Below the pieces are notes generated by a model, which saw only the letters and a program-made list of their open reading frames with translations, was not told where the DNA came from and did not search any database. A DNA stretch of 64,000 nucleotides, taken from positions 34,251 through 98,250 of the forward strand of contig JAUCBJ010005441.1 in the NCBI GenBank assembly GCA_032718475.1, in the 5' to 3' direction. This stretch comes from Nemertoderma westbladi. Its lineage: Eukaryota > Animalia > Xenacoelomorpha. Shown here one piece after another: positions 12,385 to 26,606 of the stretch (position 1 is the stretch's first letter; every line of letters begins with the position of its first letter). The translations under genes and the position numbers were made by a program.

Positions 12385-15300
12385 GCTTAACTGATCCCGC
12401 TCTGGTTCAACCGTTCGTCAAATTAACTGCTCCCTCACTGGTTCAACGGGTCGTCAACTTAACTGCTCCCTCACTGGTTCAACCGTTCGTTAACTTAACT
12501 GCTCCCTCACTTTTCCAACGGATCGTCAACTTAGCTGCTCCCACACTTGTTCAACGGGTCGTTAACTTATCTGCTCCCTCACTGGTTCAACGGCTCGTCA
12601 ACTTAACTGCTCCCTCACTGGTTCAACGGGTCGATAACTTAACTGCTCCCTCACTGGTTCAACGGGTCGTCAACTTAGCTGCTCCCTCACTTGTTCAACG
12701 GGTCGTCAACTTAACTGCTCCCTCACTGGTTCAACGGGTCGTTAACTTAGCTGCTCCCTCACTTGTTCAACGGGTCGTCAACTTAACTGCTCCCTCACTA
12801 GTTCAACGGGTCGATAACTTAACTGCTCCCTCACTGGTTCAACGGGTCGTCAACTTAGCTGCTCCCTCACTTGTTCAACGGGTCGATAACTTAACTGCTC
12901 CCTCACTGGTTCAACGGGTCGTCAACTTAGCTGCTCCCTCACTTGTTCAACGGGTCGTCAACTTAACTGCTCCCTCACTAGTTCAACGGGTCGTCAACGT
13001 AACTGCTCCCTCACTGGTTCAACGGATCGTTAACTTAACTGCTCCCTCACTGGTTCAACGCGTCGTCAACTTAGCTGCTCCCTCACTTGTTCAACGGGTC
13101 GTCAACTTAACTGCTCCCTCACTGGTTCAACGGGTCGTCAACGTAACTGCTCCCTCACTGGTTCAACGGATCGTTAACTTAACTGCTCCCTCACTGGTTC
13201 AACGCGTCGTCAACTTAGCTGCTCCCTCACTTGTTCAACGGGTCGTCAACTTAACTGCTCCCTCACTGGTTCAACGGCTCGTCAACTTAACTGCTCCCTC
13301 ACTGGTTCAACGGGTCGATAACTTAACTGCTCCCTCACTGGTTCAACGGGTCGTCAACTTAGCTGCTCCCTCACTTGTTCAACGGGTCGTCAACTTAACT
13401 GCTCCCTCACTGGTTCAACCGTTCGTTAACTTAACTGCTCCCTCACTGGTTCAACGGGTTGTTAACTTAGCTGCTCCCTCACTTGTTCAACGGGTCGTCA
13501 ACTTAACTGCTCCCTCACTAGTTCAACGGGTCGATAACTTAACTGCTCCCTCACTGGTTCAACGGGTCGTCAACTTAGCTGCTCCCTCACTTGTTCAACG
13601 GGTCGTCAACTTAACTGCTCCCTCACTGGTTCAACCGTTCGTTAACTTAACTGCTCCCTCACTGGTTCAACGGGTTGTTAACTTAGCTGCTCCCTCACTT
13701 GTTCAACGGGTCGTCAACTTAACTGCTCCCTCACTAGTTCAACGGGTCGATAACTTAACTGCTCCCTCACTGGATCAACGGGTCGTCAACTTAGCTGCTC
13801 CCTCACTAGTTCAACGGGTCGATAACTTAACTGCTCCCTCACTGGATCAACGGGTCGTCAACTTAGCTGCTCCCTCACTGGTTCAACGGGTCGATAACTT
13901 AACTGCTCCCTCACTGGTTCAACGGGTCGATAACTTAACTGCTCCCTCACTGGTTCAACGGGTCGTCAACTTAACTGCCCCCTCACTGGTTCAACGGGTC
14001 GTCAACTTAACTGCTCCCTCACTGGTTCAACGGGTCGATAACGTAACTGCTCCCTCACTGGTTCAACGGATCGTTAACTTAACTGCTCCCTCACTGGTTC
14101 AACGCGTCGTTAACTTAACTGCTCCCTCACTGGTTCAACGGGTCGTCAACTTAACTGCTCCCTCACTGGTTCAACGGGTCGATAACTTAACTGCTCCCTC
14201 ACTGGTTCAACGGGTCGTCAACTTAACTGCTCCCTCACTGGTTCAACGGGTCGTCAACTTAACTGCTCCCTCACTGGTTCAACGGGTCGTCAACTTAACT
14301 GCTCCCTCACTGGTTCAACGGGTCGTCAACTTAACTGCTCCCTCACTGGTTCAACTGGTCGTTAACATAACTGCTCCCTCACTGGTTCAACGGGTCGTTA
14401 ACTTAACTGCTCCCTCACTGGTTCAACGCGTCGTTAACTTAACTGCTCCCTCACTGGTTCAACGGGTCGTTAACTTAACTGCTCCCTCACTGGTTCAACG
14501 CGTCGTTAACTTAACTGCTCCCTCACTGGTTCAACGGGTCGTTAACTTAACTGCTCCCTCACTGGTTCAACGCGTCGTTAACTTAACTGCTCCCTCACTG
14601 GTTCAACGGGTCGTTAACTTAACTGCTCCCTCACTGGTTCAACGCGTCGTTAACTTAACTGCTCCCTCACTGGTTCAACGGGTCGTTAACTTAACTGCTC
14701 CCTCACTGGTTCAACGCGTCGTTAACTTAACTGCTCCCTCACTGGTTCAACGGGTCGTTAACTTAACTGCTCCCTCACTGGTTCAACGGGTCGTCAACTT
14801 AACTGCTCCCTCACTGGTTCAACGGGTCGTCAACTTAACTGCTCCCTCACTGGTTCAACTGGTCGTTAACATAACTGCTCCCTCACTGGTTCAACGGGTC
14901 GTTAACTTAACTGCTCCCTCACTGGTTCAACGCGTCGTTAACTTAACTGCTCCCTCACTGGTTCAACGGGTCGTTAACTTAACTGCTCCCTCACTGGTTC
15001 AACGGGTCGTCAACTTAACTGCTCCCTCACTGGTTCAACGGGTCGTTAACTTAACTGCTCCCTCACTGGTTCAACGCGTCGTTAACTTAACTGCTCCCTC
15101 ACTAGTTCAACGGGTCGATAACTTAACTGCTCCCTCACTAGTTCAACGGGTCGTCAACTTAACTGCTCCCTCACTGGTTCAACGGGTCGTCAACTTAACT
15201 GCTCCCTCACTTATCGGGTCGTCAACTTAACTGCTCCCTCACTGGTTCAACGGGTCGATAACGTAACTGCTCCCTCACTAGTTCAACGGGTCGTCAACTT

Positions 15301-16457
15301 AACTGCTCCCTCAGTGGTTCAACGGGTCGATAACTTAACTGCTCCCTCACTTATCGGGTCGTCAACTTAACTGCTCCCTCACTGGTTCAACGGGTCGTCA
15401 ACTTAACTGCTCCCTCACTGGTTCAACGGATCGTTAACTTAACTGCTCCCTCACTGGTTCAACGGGTCGTCAACTTAACTGCTCCCTCACTTATCGGGTC
15501 GTCAACTTAACTGCTCCCTCACTGGTTCAACGGGTCGTCAACTTAACTGCTCCCTCACTGGTTCAACGGATCGTTAACTTAACTGCTCCCTCACTGGTTC
15601 AACGCGTCGTTAACTTAACTGCTCCCTCACTGGTGTAACGGGTCGATAATTTAACTGCTCCCTCACTGGTTCACCGGGTCGTTAACTTAACTGCTCCCTC
15701 ACTGGTTCAACGGGTCGATAACTTAACTGCTCCCTCACTTATCGGGTCGTCAACTTAACTGCTCCCTCACTGGTTCAACGGGTCGATAACCTAACTGCTC
15801 CCTCACTGGTTCAACTGGTCGTTAACTTAACTGCTCCCTCACTGGTTCAACGGGTCGTTAAATTAACTGCTCCGTCACTGGTTCAACTGGTCGTTAAATT
15901 AACTGCTCCCTCACTGGTTCAACTGGTCGTTAACATAACTGCTCCCTCACTGATCGGGTCGTCAACTTAACTGCTCCCTCACTGGTTCAACGGGTCGATA
16001 ACGTAACTGCTCCCTCACTAGTTCAACGGGTCGTCAACTTAACTGCTCCCTCACTGGTTCAACGGGTCGATAACTTAACTGCTCCCTCACTGGTTCAACG
16101 GGTCGTCAACTTAACTGCCCCCTCACTGGTTCAACGGGTCGTCAACTTAACTGCTCCCTCACTGGTTCATCGGGTCGATAACTTAACTGCTCCCTCACTT
16201 ATCGGGTCGTCAACTTAACTGCTCCCTCACTGGTTCAACGGGTCGATAACTTAACTGCTCCCTCACTGGTTCAACGGGTCGTCAACTTAACTGCTCCCTC
16301 ACTGGTTCAACGGGTCGTTAAATTAACTGCTCCCTCATTGGTTCAACGAGTCGTTAACTTAACTGCTATCTACCTGGTTCAACGGGTCGTCAACTTAACT
16401 GCTCCCTCACTGGTACAACGGGTCGTCAACTTAACTGCTCCCTCACTGGTTCAACGT
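12385..16457. repeat. 36-bp minisatellite (AACTTAACTGCTCCCTCACTGGTTCAACGGGTCGTC), more than 100 copies
   Basis: Direct tandem repetition; 31-bp deletion variants (CACTTATCGGGTC) appear after ~15200. Confidence 0.97.
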
Positions 16458-17416
16458 GTTGTTTTACGAGTTTAACGAGTTGTATCGTGATCAGCGACTT
16501 TGGAAACCTGTATAGCTTCAGAATTACCAAAGGCAAAACCAAGGCAAAATTTAACAGTTTATAATTTTGTGTTACTCGTAATTTTCATTCTGGGGCACCA
16601 GAATAGCACCAGAATTTGTTTTGCATTTACCAGAAATATATGTATGACTAGTTTCATCGTGATCAGCGACCTCGAAATCCCGTATACCATCAAAATTGTA
16701 ATTTTTGAGCCAAGATCTATAAAAATTCTAAACCGTCACGGCGAGATATTGCACAGAATTGTTGTCGTTCACCCGAACTTCTTACAGCATCAAATCGATA
16801 TATAAGCATCTCCACTAAAAATGATACATCTAATTTATAATGCCATCAGGTCAAGGGTGTTCTGCCAAGAAGCCGACACATAATTAATTGTTCAAAAGAT
16901 TCTGCGTTGAAGGCGGCGTAAAACTATTCATTCTACTACTTGGAGTAAATCTATAAGCTCTAAATCGATCATTGTGTGTTTCCAATGAGCCTAATCCTGA
17001 CCCGGTGGATTAATTATTTAGAATAATAGTTTTTGTTGATTTGCCTATCACACATTTACCATTAACTTCTCCCACGTTAGTTCATCGTGACTTGGGCACC
17101 GTTCAAGTGAAAATTTGGTTATAATCATACCCAACAGATTCCTACAAAATGTAAATCGGAGTGTCAGTGTGTTACATTTATTTGTTCTTATGGTCTCCTT
17201 CAAACGATAGAATTTTAGTCAATAGTCTCACTGTGGTGTATTGAAGAGTCTCAACACAATGTACTGCAGTGCTGTCATCATTACGTCTTTCATTATGGCA
17301 TTCCTTGCAAACCTCCACCGGCTCTTCCACTGAATCCTGAACACGCTTCCAACTGTTGGGTACAAGTAATGAGAGTTCAGTGCAGCTCAGTGCCAAATAA
17401 TGTTACACACATGGAG

Positions 17417-17625
17417 TATTAATTAACATCAGGAGATCTGACGAGAATTTCTCTAGTTTTAAGAATAGTCTCGTAGGGGTACTCTAGAACGCCTTGGAAT
17501 CAACAATGGCGGACAGTTTTTGGTGTAAATTGAGTAATATTGTTTGGTAATATAATAATATTATATTACTAGACTATTCTTAAAACTAGAGAAGTTCTCG
17601 TCAGGTCTCCTGATGTTAATTAATA
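17417..17625. mobile_element. MITE (~210 bp) with ~55-bp TIRs
   Basis: TATTAATTAACATCAGGAGATCTGACGAGAATTTCTCTAGTTTTAAGAATAGTCT and its near-perfect reverse complement at 17571-17625. Confidence 0.75.
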
Positions 17626-18729
17626 TAAAATCGTCTTCTTCATGTTATGAAGAAGTACAATGATTGATTATAATATTATTGAGGTATATTTATTAGTCAC
17701 TATTATTTTATATTTCCTTTAAGTTTGCTAAGTTTACTGCATACTGCATTCCCTTTGGGCTGCGTTGTTATATTTTGCCTCACAATTTGTAGTTCAGTAA
17801 TAATAACAATAAAAAAGTTAGATTTGTGTTTGGTTAGGATCCTCTGGGTTGGAGAAATATTCGTAAGATTAAATATCCCACACTAAAGGTTCCTTAGGGA
17901 ATCTTAATGCGCTAATAAAATATAATATATTCTTATGAATAGTTTAATATCTCGTATTTATTAAATATTACTTCGTTGCCAGAATAATATTAAATAATTA
18001 CTATAGACAAAATAACCGAACATTTATGCTAATTGCTGTAGAGTTTCATTGGATGAACTTTGTTGATACTACTGTATATGAACATAATATTCCTCATATA
18101 ATCTTTACATTATTCAATTAAGATTCGAATCTTAGCCGCCTAGGCATACCATTAATTTATTCAAACAATAATTACTTGTGTTGTTATGTTGTGAAGTAAA
18201 TTACATGCAGAAAAATTATTACTGTTTTCTTCAATGGCATAAAATCTTGGAATATATGTCATAGTAGCCTACACACATACTAATTAACAGGTGTTAAGAC
18301 TTTAGATAGTGATCCCACTTCATTGCGCTACTTAAAATATAATAAAGGAGACTTTTAGAACCCGGGGACTTTAGGCAGTAGTACAGTACATGCATTGGGT
18401 AAGTGGTGTGTGAGGTTGTTTTTATGTTAGGGTTTGTAGACCAAGAACAAACCATAATTAAAATTGTCCTGTAATTGGCATTTATTGCCATAAATAACTT
18501 AAAATGGTAACTAAATTATATTAATTTTATACATAGTTTAATCTACGCATGCACTCTCCTGTTAATCTCCCGTTTAAGTACATTCTATTTGTGGAAATTC
18601 CGAATAAGTAAATATACTATTCCTCAGGCAGAACTTGTAACCCCACCAGCTGTTGTGGGGAGGTGTCTGGGTTGCCTAATGCTGAGTTGTGGTGTCTGGT
18701 TCACCTGTTGTTGGGAGGTGTCTGATTTG

Positions 18730-18897
18730 GTGTTGAACCAGTGAGGGAGCAATTAAGCTCGCATCCCGTTGAACCAGCGTGGGATAAGTTAAGCTCGGAT
18801 CCCGTTGAACAAGCTTGGGAGCAGTTAAGCACATGTTCCGTTGAACTAATGTGGGAGCAGTTAAGCTCACATCCCGTTGAACTAATGTGGGAGCAAG
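18730..18897 (-). repeat. Short diverged, inverted array of the same 36-bp unit (~5 copies)
   Basis: GTTGAACCAGTGAGGGAGCAATTAAG is the reverse complement of the minisatellite core. Confidence 0.85.
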
Positions 18898-19934
18898 TCT
18901 GTTTTTTTGTAATTTTTCATTCAAAAAATGGGGAAATATTATTAAATTAAGAAAATTGCTTGAAATTGAAGCTTATGAAATTACCTTTCATATAAAGCTA
19001 AAATTGCAAAAAACGGTTATGAAATGGCGGAGGAGTAATATTTTTCGTACGAAAAGTATTATTCTGAGATAAGCGCCTTCGAATTTCAAACCTCCCCGCG
19101 CAAAACTACCTGTATGGGGTTTGGTTGGTTAATAATGTCTGGCAGGAAGGAAGCACACCACCAAGCTAAAATTTTATTAATGGGGGTTTTCGGGGTCGCT
19201 GATTTCATTTCCGATGTCAGTTTTAATATTTGGTGGAATATAGTCTGTCCGTCTGTCGGTTGTCTGTCTGTCGTTCTTACATTTTGACAGGCAGATTGGC
19301 AGACAGATTTTCCACGATAACTCGAGAACTAAAATAGATCTCTCTAAGTAGTTTTCAGATTTGAAATCTCCATTAAATTCTGCTCTATATGCAATAAAAA
19401 CAAATCACTAACATTTTTAGCGAGGAGGAAGGGGGGGGGGGGGGGGGGGGGCTACCCCACCTTAAGTTGACTAACGATTGAACCAGAGTGGAGAAGTTAT
19501 GCTAACGTGCCGTTGAACAAATTGAAGGAGCCGGCTGAGCTCGAGTGTCGTATTTTTTTTGGTTTGAACATTTAATATTAATTTATTACCAAGCCGGGGA
19601 AAAGAATCGGTTTACAAAAGTGGGCATTTAACCAATTGAATAAACGATATCGTTATTCGACATACAGTATATGATGGGAAAGGAGTGTATGAATTAGCGA
19701 ACGAAGCAGGTGTCAGCAGCTTCAGTAAGCTCTTTACTAGCATTGTCTGATAGGGCAGAACGCGTCGGAGACCCAAACATGCACATACGAAATTATTACT
19801 AGTATATGTAATATTACGGCTGCATTGCAGCTGTACATTGAGATGCTGTTGGCTTAACAAAATATTTTATGCCACCACAATGCAATCCACAAACGACATG
19901 CTGTAATGCAGCGTGCATTAAGAGGGCTACGTAG

Positions 19935-20100
19935 GCTTAACGAGAAAATTGCGCCGCCACAACTCCTTATCCCCCATGATTTGCGCGAGATTATCCGCAT
20001 CTTCAAGGCCAGTATCCTTTAGGAGAAGTCTTAAGAGATTGCCATCCAGAGATTTGGTGTCCTCAGTTCGGGGGGATATATAGGAGTACTGGTTCTACTC
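19935..20100 (-). pseudogene. Decayed remnant of the same RTE-like LINE 3' region as 25430-26445
   Basis: Shares AAAATTG(C/T)GCCGCCACAACTCC, TCCGCATCTTCAAGGCC and TGCCATCCAGAGATTTGGTGTCCTCAG with 25448-25790. Confidence 0.6.
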
Positions 20101-20792
20101 TAAATAATCGATCCTTAATTTTCCGACGCATTTTATGTGAATTACAAATCCTGGACAACCTTTCCTTACTTTTTCGGAGGTCATCAAAATAAGCATTACT
20201 TTAGATTGGAAACTGAAAACATATTTTACCAAAAGTATATGAAACGTGTCATCAAATATATAGGAAGATCAGATATATTCAAGTATACATGATTGATCCA
20301 ATAATTTATCAATATGTAATCATGATATATAATCAATGAACTAACAATTCACCAAATTTAAATTTTGAGTGATTACAAGTAAAGTATGGTAGTAGTGAGT
20401 GGTACATCATTTAGGTAGAAAAACTCATTGTTTCCATGATGAGCTTCTAAATCTGAAAACAGCTTCTCAATAGCTCTTTTATTATTCGAGCTAACAAATT
20501 TTCAATTTGTGAAACATATTGAAATTACTATTAATGCATATAACGACAATTGAGATATCTTGAAATATTTATTTGTAAAATTGACTACTGTACAATCAAA
20601 ATTATACCCAAAACCGACAACGTTTGAAAGGCTGTGAGTGCTAAATATAAGAGTTGTCCAAAAGTAGGCTTCAGAGATCAGAGATTACAAACTGATTTAC
20701 TATAATTTATTTAAAACGTGATTATAGCCAAATACGTCATGTTCCTCAAAATAATATTATTTATTTTATAAGTTTCTTGTGAAATTTGCAAA

Positions 20793-21815
20793 ATGAGTGA
20801 GGAACTCTCTGATAGTATTTGGGTGGAAGAAATTAATGAAAAAGTCAATCAGGATTTTACAGATAAACAGACCTGTTTTGTCGACGGATTTGTTAGATTT
20901 AAACCTAGTGGACAGATACTACCTAGAAGCATGATATCGCTTCAAAAGGGGTTGTTTGAGTGGCCTGTGAAAGAGGACGATATATTTGTATGTTCCTTTC
21001 CTAAATGTGGTTCAACTTGGAGTCAAGAAATGATTTGGAACGTTATGAATGACGCTGACACAGATGCCGCTAAGCAGACGAATCTTCTAATTAGAGTACC
21101 GTACTTGGAGATGTCTGGAATACTTGGCGCATTCGGAGACTTCTCTGAGTACTACAGATATCTCAAATGCGACGATGATGCCAGAATGTTCTCTTCATCA
21201 CTGGATCAAGCTGCTTCACAACCATCTCCTCGGATCATAAAGACGCATCTTTCAGTCGATATGCTACCCTACCAATTCCACGAGAAGCATCCCAAAATGG
21301 TTTATGTTGCTCGAAACCCCCGAGATACATGCGTTTCTTTTTATCACCACTGGAAAATCTACCACGGCTACACAGGTTCTTGGGACATATTCTTTGACGC
21401 TTTCGTGGGAGATGTTTGTGGATTACACACTCCTTTCTTTCAGCATGTCCTTGGATACTGGCGAATCCGAGACAGAAAAAATGTCTTGTTTATTACCTAC
21501 GAAGACATGAAACAGGATCTAACCGGGATAATTAAAAAGACGGCAAACTTCTTAGGGAAACGATTGTCAGATGACCAAGTTAGGAAACTAGTTAGTCATC
21601 TCTCATTTGACAGCATGAAGGCCAATAAATCTGTGAATAATGAAGGCGATATTGCGGATGTGAAAAAGGCGCTTGGAACAGAAGCTACGGATTTCATTAG
21701 GAAAGGGAAAATTGGGGATTGGAAAAATTACATGAGCCAAAAACAAATCGAAAGAATGAGGGAATGGGAGGAGATGAATTTGAAAGACTCGGGCTTGGAG
21801 TTTGTTTATAAATAG
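20793..21815 (+). CDS. Cytosolic (SULT1-like) aryl sulfotransferase, 340 aa, single coding exon
   Basis: 5'-PSB loop SFPKCGSTW, catalytic IIKTHL, 3'-PB motif YVARNPRDTCVSFYHH, C-terminal FIRKGKIGDWKN. The ORF is intact. Confidence 0.95.
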   Translation: MSEELSDSIWVEEINEKVNQDFTDKQTCFVDGFVRFKPSGQILPRSMISLQKGLFEWPVKEDDIFVCSFPKCGSTWSQEMIWNVMNDADTDAAKQTNLLIRVPYLEMSGILGAFGDFSEYYRYLKCDDDARMFSSSLDQAASQPSPRIIKTHLSVDMLPYQFHEKHPKMVYVARNPRDTCVSFYHHWKIYHGYTGSWDIFFDAFVGDVCGLHTPFFQHVLGYWRIRDRKNVLFITYEDMKQDLTGIIKKTANFLGKRLSDDQVRKLVSHLSFDSMKANKSVNNEGDIADVKKALGTEATDFIRKGKIGDWKNYMSQKQIERMREWEEMNLKDSGLEFVYK

Positions 21816-22129
21816 TTCTACTGTAGATTGAAACAATTGTATTTATAACTAGTTCTAGACTCATATAAATTTTATTTTATATTCTATTGTGGATTCTAAT
21901 CTATTAACTTTAAATGAATTTTTCTTATCTCTAGAATTGTAAACCCTTTAAGCATTAGAATTAAAACCAACGTATCTTAAAACCAAAATTGAAATATTTT
22001 TAATATTTTATAATAATTTTTAATTCTAACCATAGCAACAGAGCTTACCGGTTCGCCTTCCACTCCGACTCCACTCACACCTACCACTACCAGCACACTA
22101 AAGCACCTCTAAAAACTAACCAGCTAACC

Positions 22130-25100
22130 ATGGCGTTTACCGGCACCCTAAAGCCCCCTAAACTCGTACCTCTCGACCAGAGCGAGTCCATCAACTCCTG
22201 CGAGGTGAGGCGCTACTCCCTTGCCTAACTTGAGCTAATCCCTTGCGCTCCAGCCACACTTTTACACCCTCACCACCCCTGGCGCTACGTGGTTGTGTCA
22301 CTCTCGCGCTATCCCCCTCCGCGTTTCACTGATGACCCAGATGCTGTTGTTGCTGCTTCTCGCCACACCACCATACAAAAGATTGCCATCCTTGAGTTGA
22401 TGCTCGGCCAGGTGGCGAACTACGCCCCATAATCGCCAGGAATTCTATAATAAGTGACTCCTCTTCCCTCCTGTCCGTATAGAAGGCAATCCGCCTCCAT
22501 TATGGCTCCCAGGCCACCGGTGGACACTTCCTCTCATTCAGCGAGATAGCCCTCCAGCACGAGGAACGTCCAGAGGACTTATTCCAACGCCTCTCCGCCT
22601 TCATTGACAATAACCTTCTGCGTCAGGATGGAGGCATTTCCCACCACGGCCTTACTTCCTGACGAGGACGAGAAACTCTCCCCATCCCTCGAAAACTTCG
22701 TCGTCCTAATCTGGCTACGATTGATTGACGGCTGATTGCGGTGCCGAATCCCACTTAAGCTCTCATGAATCCACCATGCGGCTTGGCGTACCGATAACCC
22801 AAGGATCACTTCAGGTTCCCACCACCTCTGATAGCTCATCTATGGGCAAAGTTGTTGGTGACACGTACTTTGACCTTTCGTACGACGGCCTTAAACTCTC
22901 GTTCTGCAGTTTCGTTGTTGACAGCCTCAGAGTTTCCCTACTCTCCTGCATGCTGTTCCTCACAACGAATGATGTCACCATCTGCCCCATGCAATCTATG
23001 GTTTCTTTCTACGATAGCCGATCCATCCGGTGTCCATCTGTAAGTCCTACCCAACCTGCAGTCCACTCAATTCAAGTTCTCCGTGCCCCAACACAGTCTT
23101 CCATCGTGTTACCAGGTGATTATCTCACATTAACCATTCCCTCCCACCTGTCAGATGCTCAGCTCAAGCCCTCCTAATCTCACCCCACACACCCCGCGCC
23201 CAGTTTTGTGACCACACCTCCCATCCGTGTTTTGCCCCCTTGGAGCTCCAATCCAGTAACTGCTTAATCTCCATCCCTAATTCTTCCCACAATTCTGTCT
23301 TTATCCAGTGCAACTCCCACGTGGGCAGTGCACTCTCTACTGCAGTCGCTCCCACTGCTTTACCCTCCCAGTACCTTCCATGCCCTGAAATCCGTTCCGT
23401 TACCCTGATTACCCTGGCTACAATGGTTCTGCTGGACCATTCCAAGCCGTTGTTGATGTTTCCCCGATATTGCCCCCTCAATACATATTCCCCAGTACGC
23501 TTGTGATTGTCTTGTAGAACTTCAGGATAGGTTCGACTCTCTCGAGCATCTCAGTGTATTTATCCGACCCAAACTTGCTGGCAGCAGCGTCGAATACCTG
23601 AATCCCAGTTTCCTTGTGGCTAAACCCAATGGCAGCACCCGATTGGTTACTGCATTCACCGAGATCACCAAGTATTGCAAGCCTAACCTGCCCTTCTACC
23701 CGATGTAGAGTCTACCATCCAGTCCCTCAGTCAGTTTCAGTTCCTCATCAAAGCCGATCTCTCCAGTGCCTTCTATCAGATCACTCTCCAACGTGAGTCC
23801 ATGTGTTTCTGTGGCATATCCACCCCATTCCGTGGCATTCGCATTTACTGCTGCTGTGCCATGGGTATGCCCAGAAGCGAAACCACATTAGAAGGACTGG
23901 TGTCCCGCGTTCTCGGCGACCTGCTCGTCCAGGGTACAGTAGTAAAACTTGCTGATGATATCTACTGTGGTGGTGATACCTTTGCCAAGCTCCACGAAAA
24001 CTTTACACTCCTCCTGCAAGCACACCATGGCGCCGACCTCCGCCTATCAGCAAAGAAAACGGTTATCTGTCCTCAGTCGACCACCATTCTCGGTTGGACG
24101 ACGCTCTTTCTTACTTAGTTGCTAAACAGTATGCCGAGGCATACCGGAAGTTAGCCCACAGCGCATAATCTTCGAGTCCCCATCTATCTACTTTCCTCTC
24201 CAGTGCCAGCCAAGCCCGGGTTACTGTGTTCCACATTAAGTGGGCCATGGACCTTCTTGCCGACTTCCAGAGCCGCAACGTTGCCCCTTCCCCCCTGCAC
24301 TCCTGCCAAGTATGTTCGTTTGTCTCCTCCACCACTGACGAACCTGTAGTACTTCATTCTGAATGCTCCGCACCCATCGCCGAAATGCCAACAACCTCGC
24401 CTCAGTGCCTTGCAACTTCCAACCTCCCTGACCCTCGACTCCTGAATGCTTCTCGTCCCTCCTGCCTCGCCACCCAACGTGAGTGTCCAGACCTATGTCG
24501 CGTTGCTGAACACCTTGCGTCAGGTAGACATTCTCCTGCTATTTCCACGCTCTCAATCTCGATTGTTCTCTCGAAGAGATTTCCACCCAATGCCATCAGT
24601 GCATGGCCCTTTCCACTGCCCCTGGCTGTATCCTCCCTCAGTCTTCTCTCGACGTTCCACCCATCATTGGTCAATCCTTCACCACTGACGTGCTCCGGCG
24701 CCACTCCCAACGCATTCTCCTCCTCCGTGAAACTGACTCTTCATTCACTAACACCACCATCATCCCTGAAGAACAATGTGACACCGTCCATGACTCCCTG
24801 ATCATACTAGTCTCTGGGTTACGTCCCCTCAGTGGTCCTCCAGCCATTATCCGTACCGATCCTGCACCAAGTTTCCAGGCCCTCGTTGGTAATCCTAAAC
24901 TGAAAGCCCACCACACTCTTCTCAAAGCTGACTCATGGAAGAATCCAAATAAAAACCCCATCGCTGACTCGCACCACTACTCGCTGAGCTACTCAAGCTC
25001 CACCCTACTGGAGGCCCCTTCTCGCTCACTATCCTCACTATTGCCATCACCCACCTTAACGTGCGACTTCACGCTCCCAGCCTATCGGTGCATGAGATTC

Positions 25101-26606
25101 TCTTCCAGCGCGACCAGTTCACCAGGGACCAAATCCCTCTGGTCAACACGGAGCTCACATTACTGCCCAACATGAGCGATGTCTCACCAAACACACAACC
25201 AATGCTCAGTCCAAGGTACAATGTCCTACCATGTCCAATGTCCTGCCTGTGTTCACTTCACTCAATGTCGGCGACCTCGTATACTGATGTTCCGACTCTC
25301 CCCGGTTCAGCGTTAGACCCTATTATATCATCAGTACCCAGGTGTTCCATCAGGAAATTCGTTGGCAACCAGCTCCGCTCTCTACTACTAGGATCGGCAT
25401 GCTACATTGCAGCTGGATTCTTAAGAATTCTGTGCTGGCTTGTCGACAAAATTGTGCCGCCACAACTCCCGATCACCCATGACATTTGCTATCTTCGATT
25501 CCGCATCTTCAAGGCCTTTAAGATGCGTCTCAAGAAAGTCATGGGCTGTCCACTATGCTTATGCACTCCATGAGGCTCACAAGATTATGCACTGACAGGT
25601 CCTCACGGCGAAAGCAATGTCCTGCCAAGCGGAGGCGACTTTGTTCTAGTGTCACTCTTGGGGGAACCAATAAGACACCTCCAATGTTATATAGTGTCTG
25701 GTTGGAGATGTGTGCATTGTACTTGACACAATGAACCCGGCGTAGCATTCTTGTGAATGTGCCATCCAGAGATTTGGTGTCCTCAGCAGTTAGAGCCCAG
25801 CATGGACACTCATAGAGGAGTACTGGAACTACTGCTGCTATAAATAATAGGACCTTAAGTTTCCAATGAATTCTATGTGACTTCCAAATCCTGGAAAGCC
25901 TATTCAAGGCTGCCCATTCCTTTCCCTTACGTATTCGAAGGTCCTCACCTGACTTCCGGATCCATGATCCCAGGTAACAGAAGTCGTCCACATGCTCAAG
26001 CATACCATCCTTTGAGCTTTTGCTCATCCGGTCAGAGACTTACTGAGGACTTTCAAAGTTAACATTTCAAAGTCAAAATTGTGGTCTTTTTGGAGTTAAT
26101 AAAAAGACCAACACAAAAAGCAGTATGTTCTAATGAGCTGAGGAACCGGTGATTCAGAGAGTATTCCTAAGTCATCAGCAAATTCTAGATCAGTTAGGTA
26201 CCTGGCAGGATTACCTCGACTTCTGGATCCAGTAGATAGAGTTACCATCACCCCATCATCATTATGATGATCTAAGGACATAGTACAACATATTCAACCA
26301 CAGTTATGAACAATAATGGTGCAAGTGTGTCTCCCTGGAGGACGCCCCATAACACTTCAAATGGTTCTGTGCCACCATCAACAGTAGACATAAATGTTGT
26401 CGAACCATCGTATTCTGATCTGATTGCTGCAATAATTTCATCCTCTCACGTCTACCGCGTACTCACCAACCTATATCCCAGTCGACATCCCGCCATCTGT
26501 ACCAACTGACCAGACACCCGAACCTGATGTTGTTGATTCCCTCAACAGGGTCTCGCATCGCCCACAACGGATCCGCAAACCACTGCAATATTATGGGTTC
26601 CCATAG
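22130..26606 (+). mobile_element. Degenerate Ty3/Gypsy LTR retrotransposon internal region (gag-pol relic), interrupted by an RTE insertion
   Basis: Broken frames read LELMLGQVANY, ERPEDL(F)[36 protein letters not shown] motif KLADDIYCGG, integrase IRTDPAPSF..KNPNKNPIA and IRKFVGNQLRS. The tail RPQRIRKPLQYYGFP* resumes after the LINE. Confidence 0.8.
25430..26445 (-). mobile_element. 5'-truncated, decayed RTE-clade LINE (C-terminal half of RT)
   Basis: GV.QGDTLAPLLF, LTDLEFADDLGILS, LEHVDDFCYLGSWI, LKVLLF..VVPVLLY.C..W.LT...LDGTFTRMLRRV. Confidence 0.85.

Noticed and set aside
12381-15230. 949-aa ORF of LTAPSLVQRVVN repeats
   Set aside because: Artefact of a 36-bp unit lacking stops in one frame. 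It has a GTG start and no unique domain, and the array continues past the ORF with frameshifting 31-bp units.
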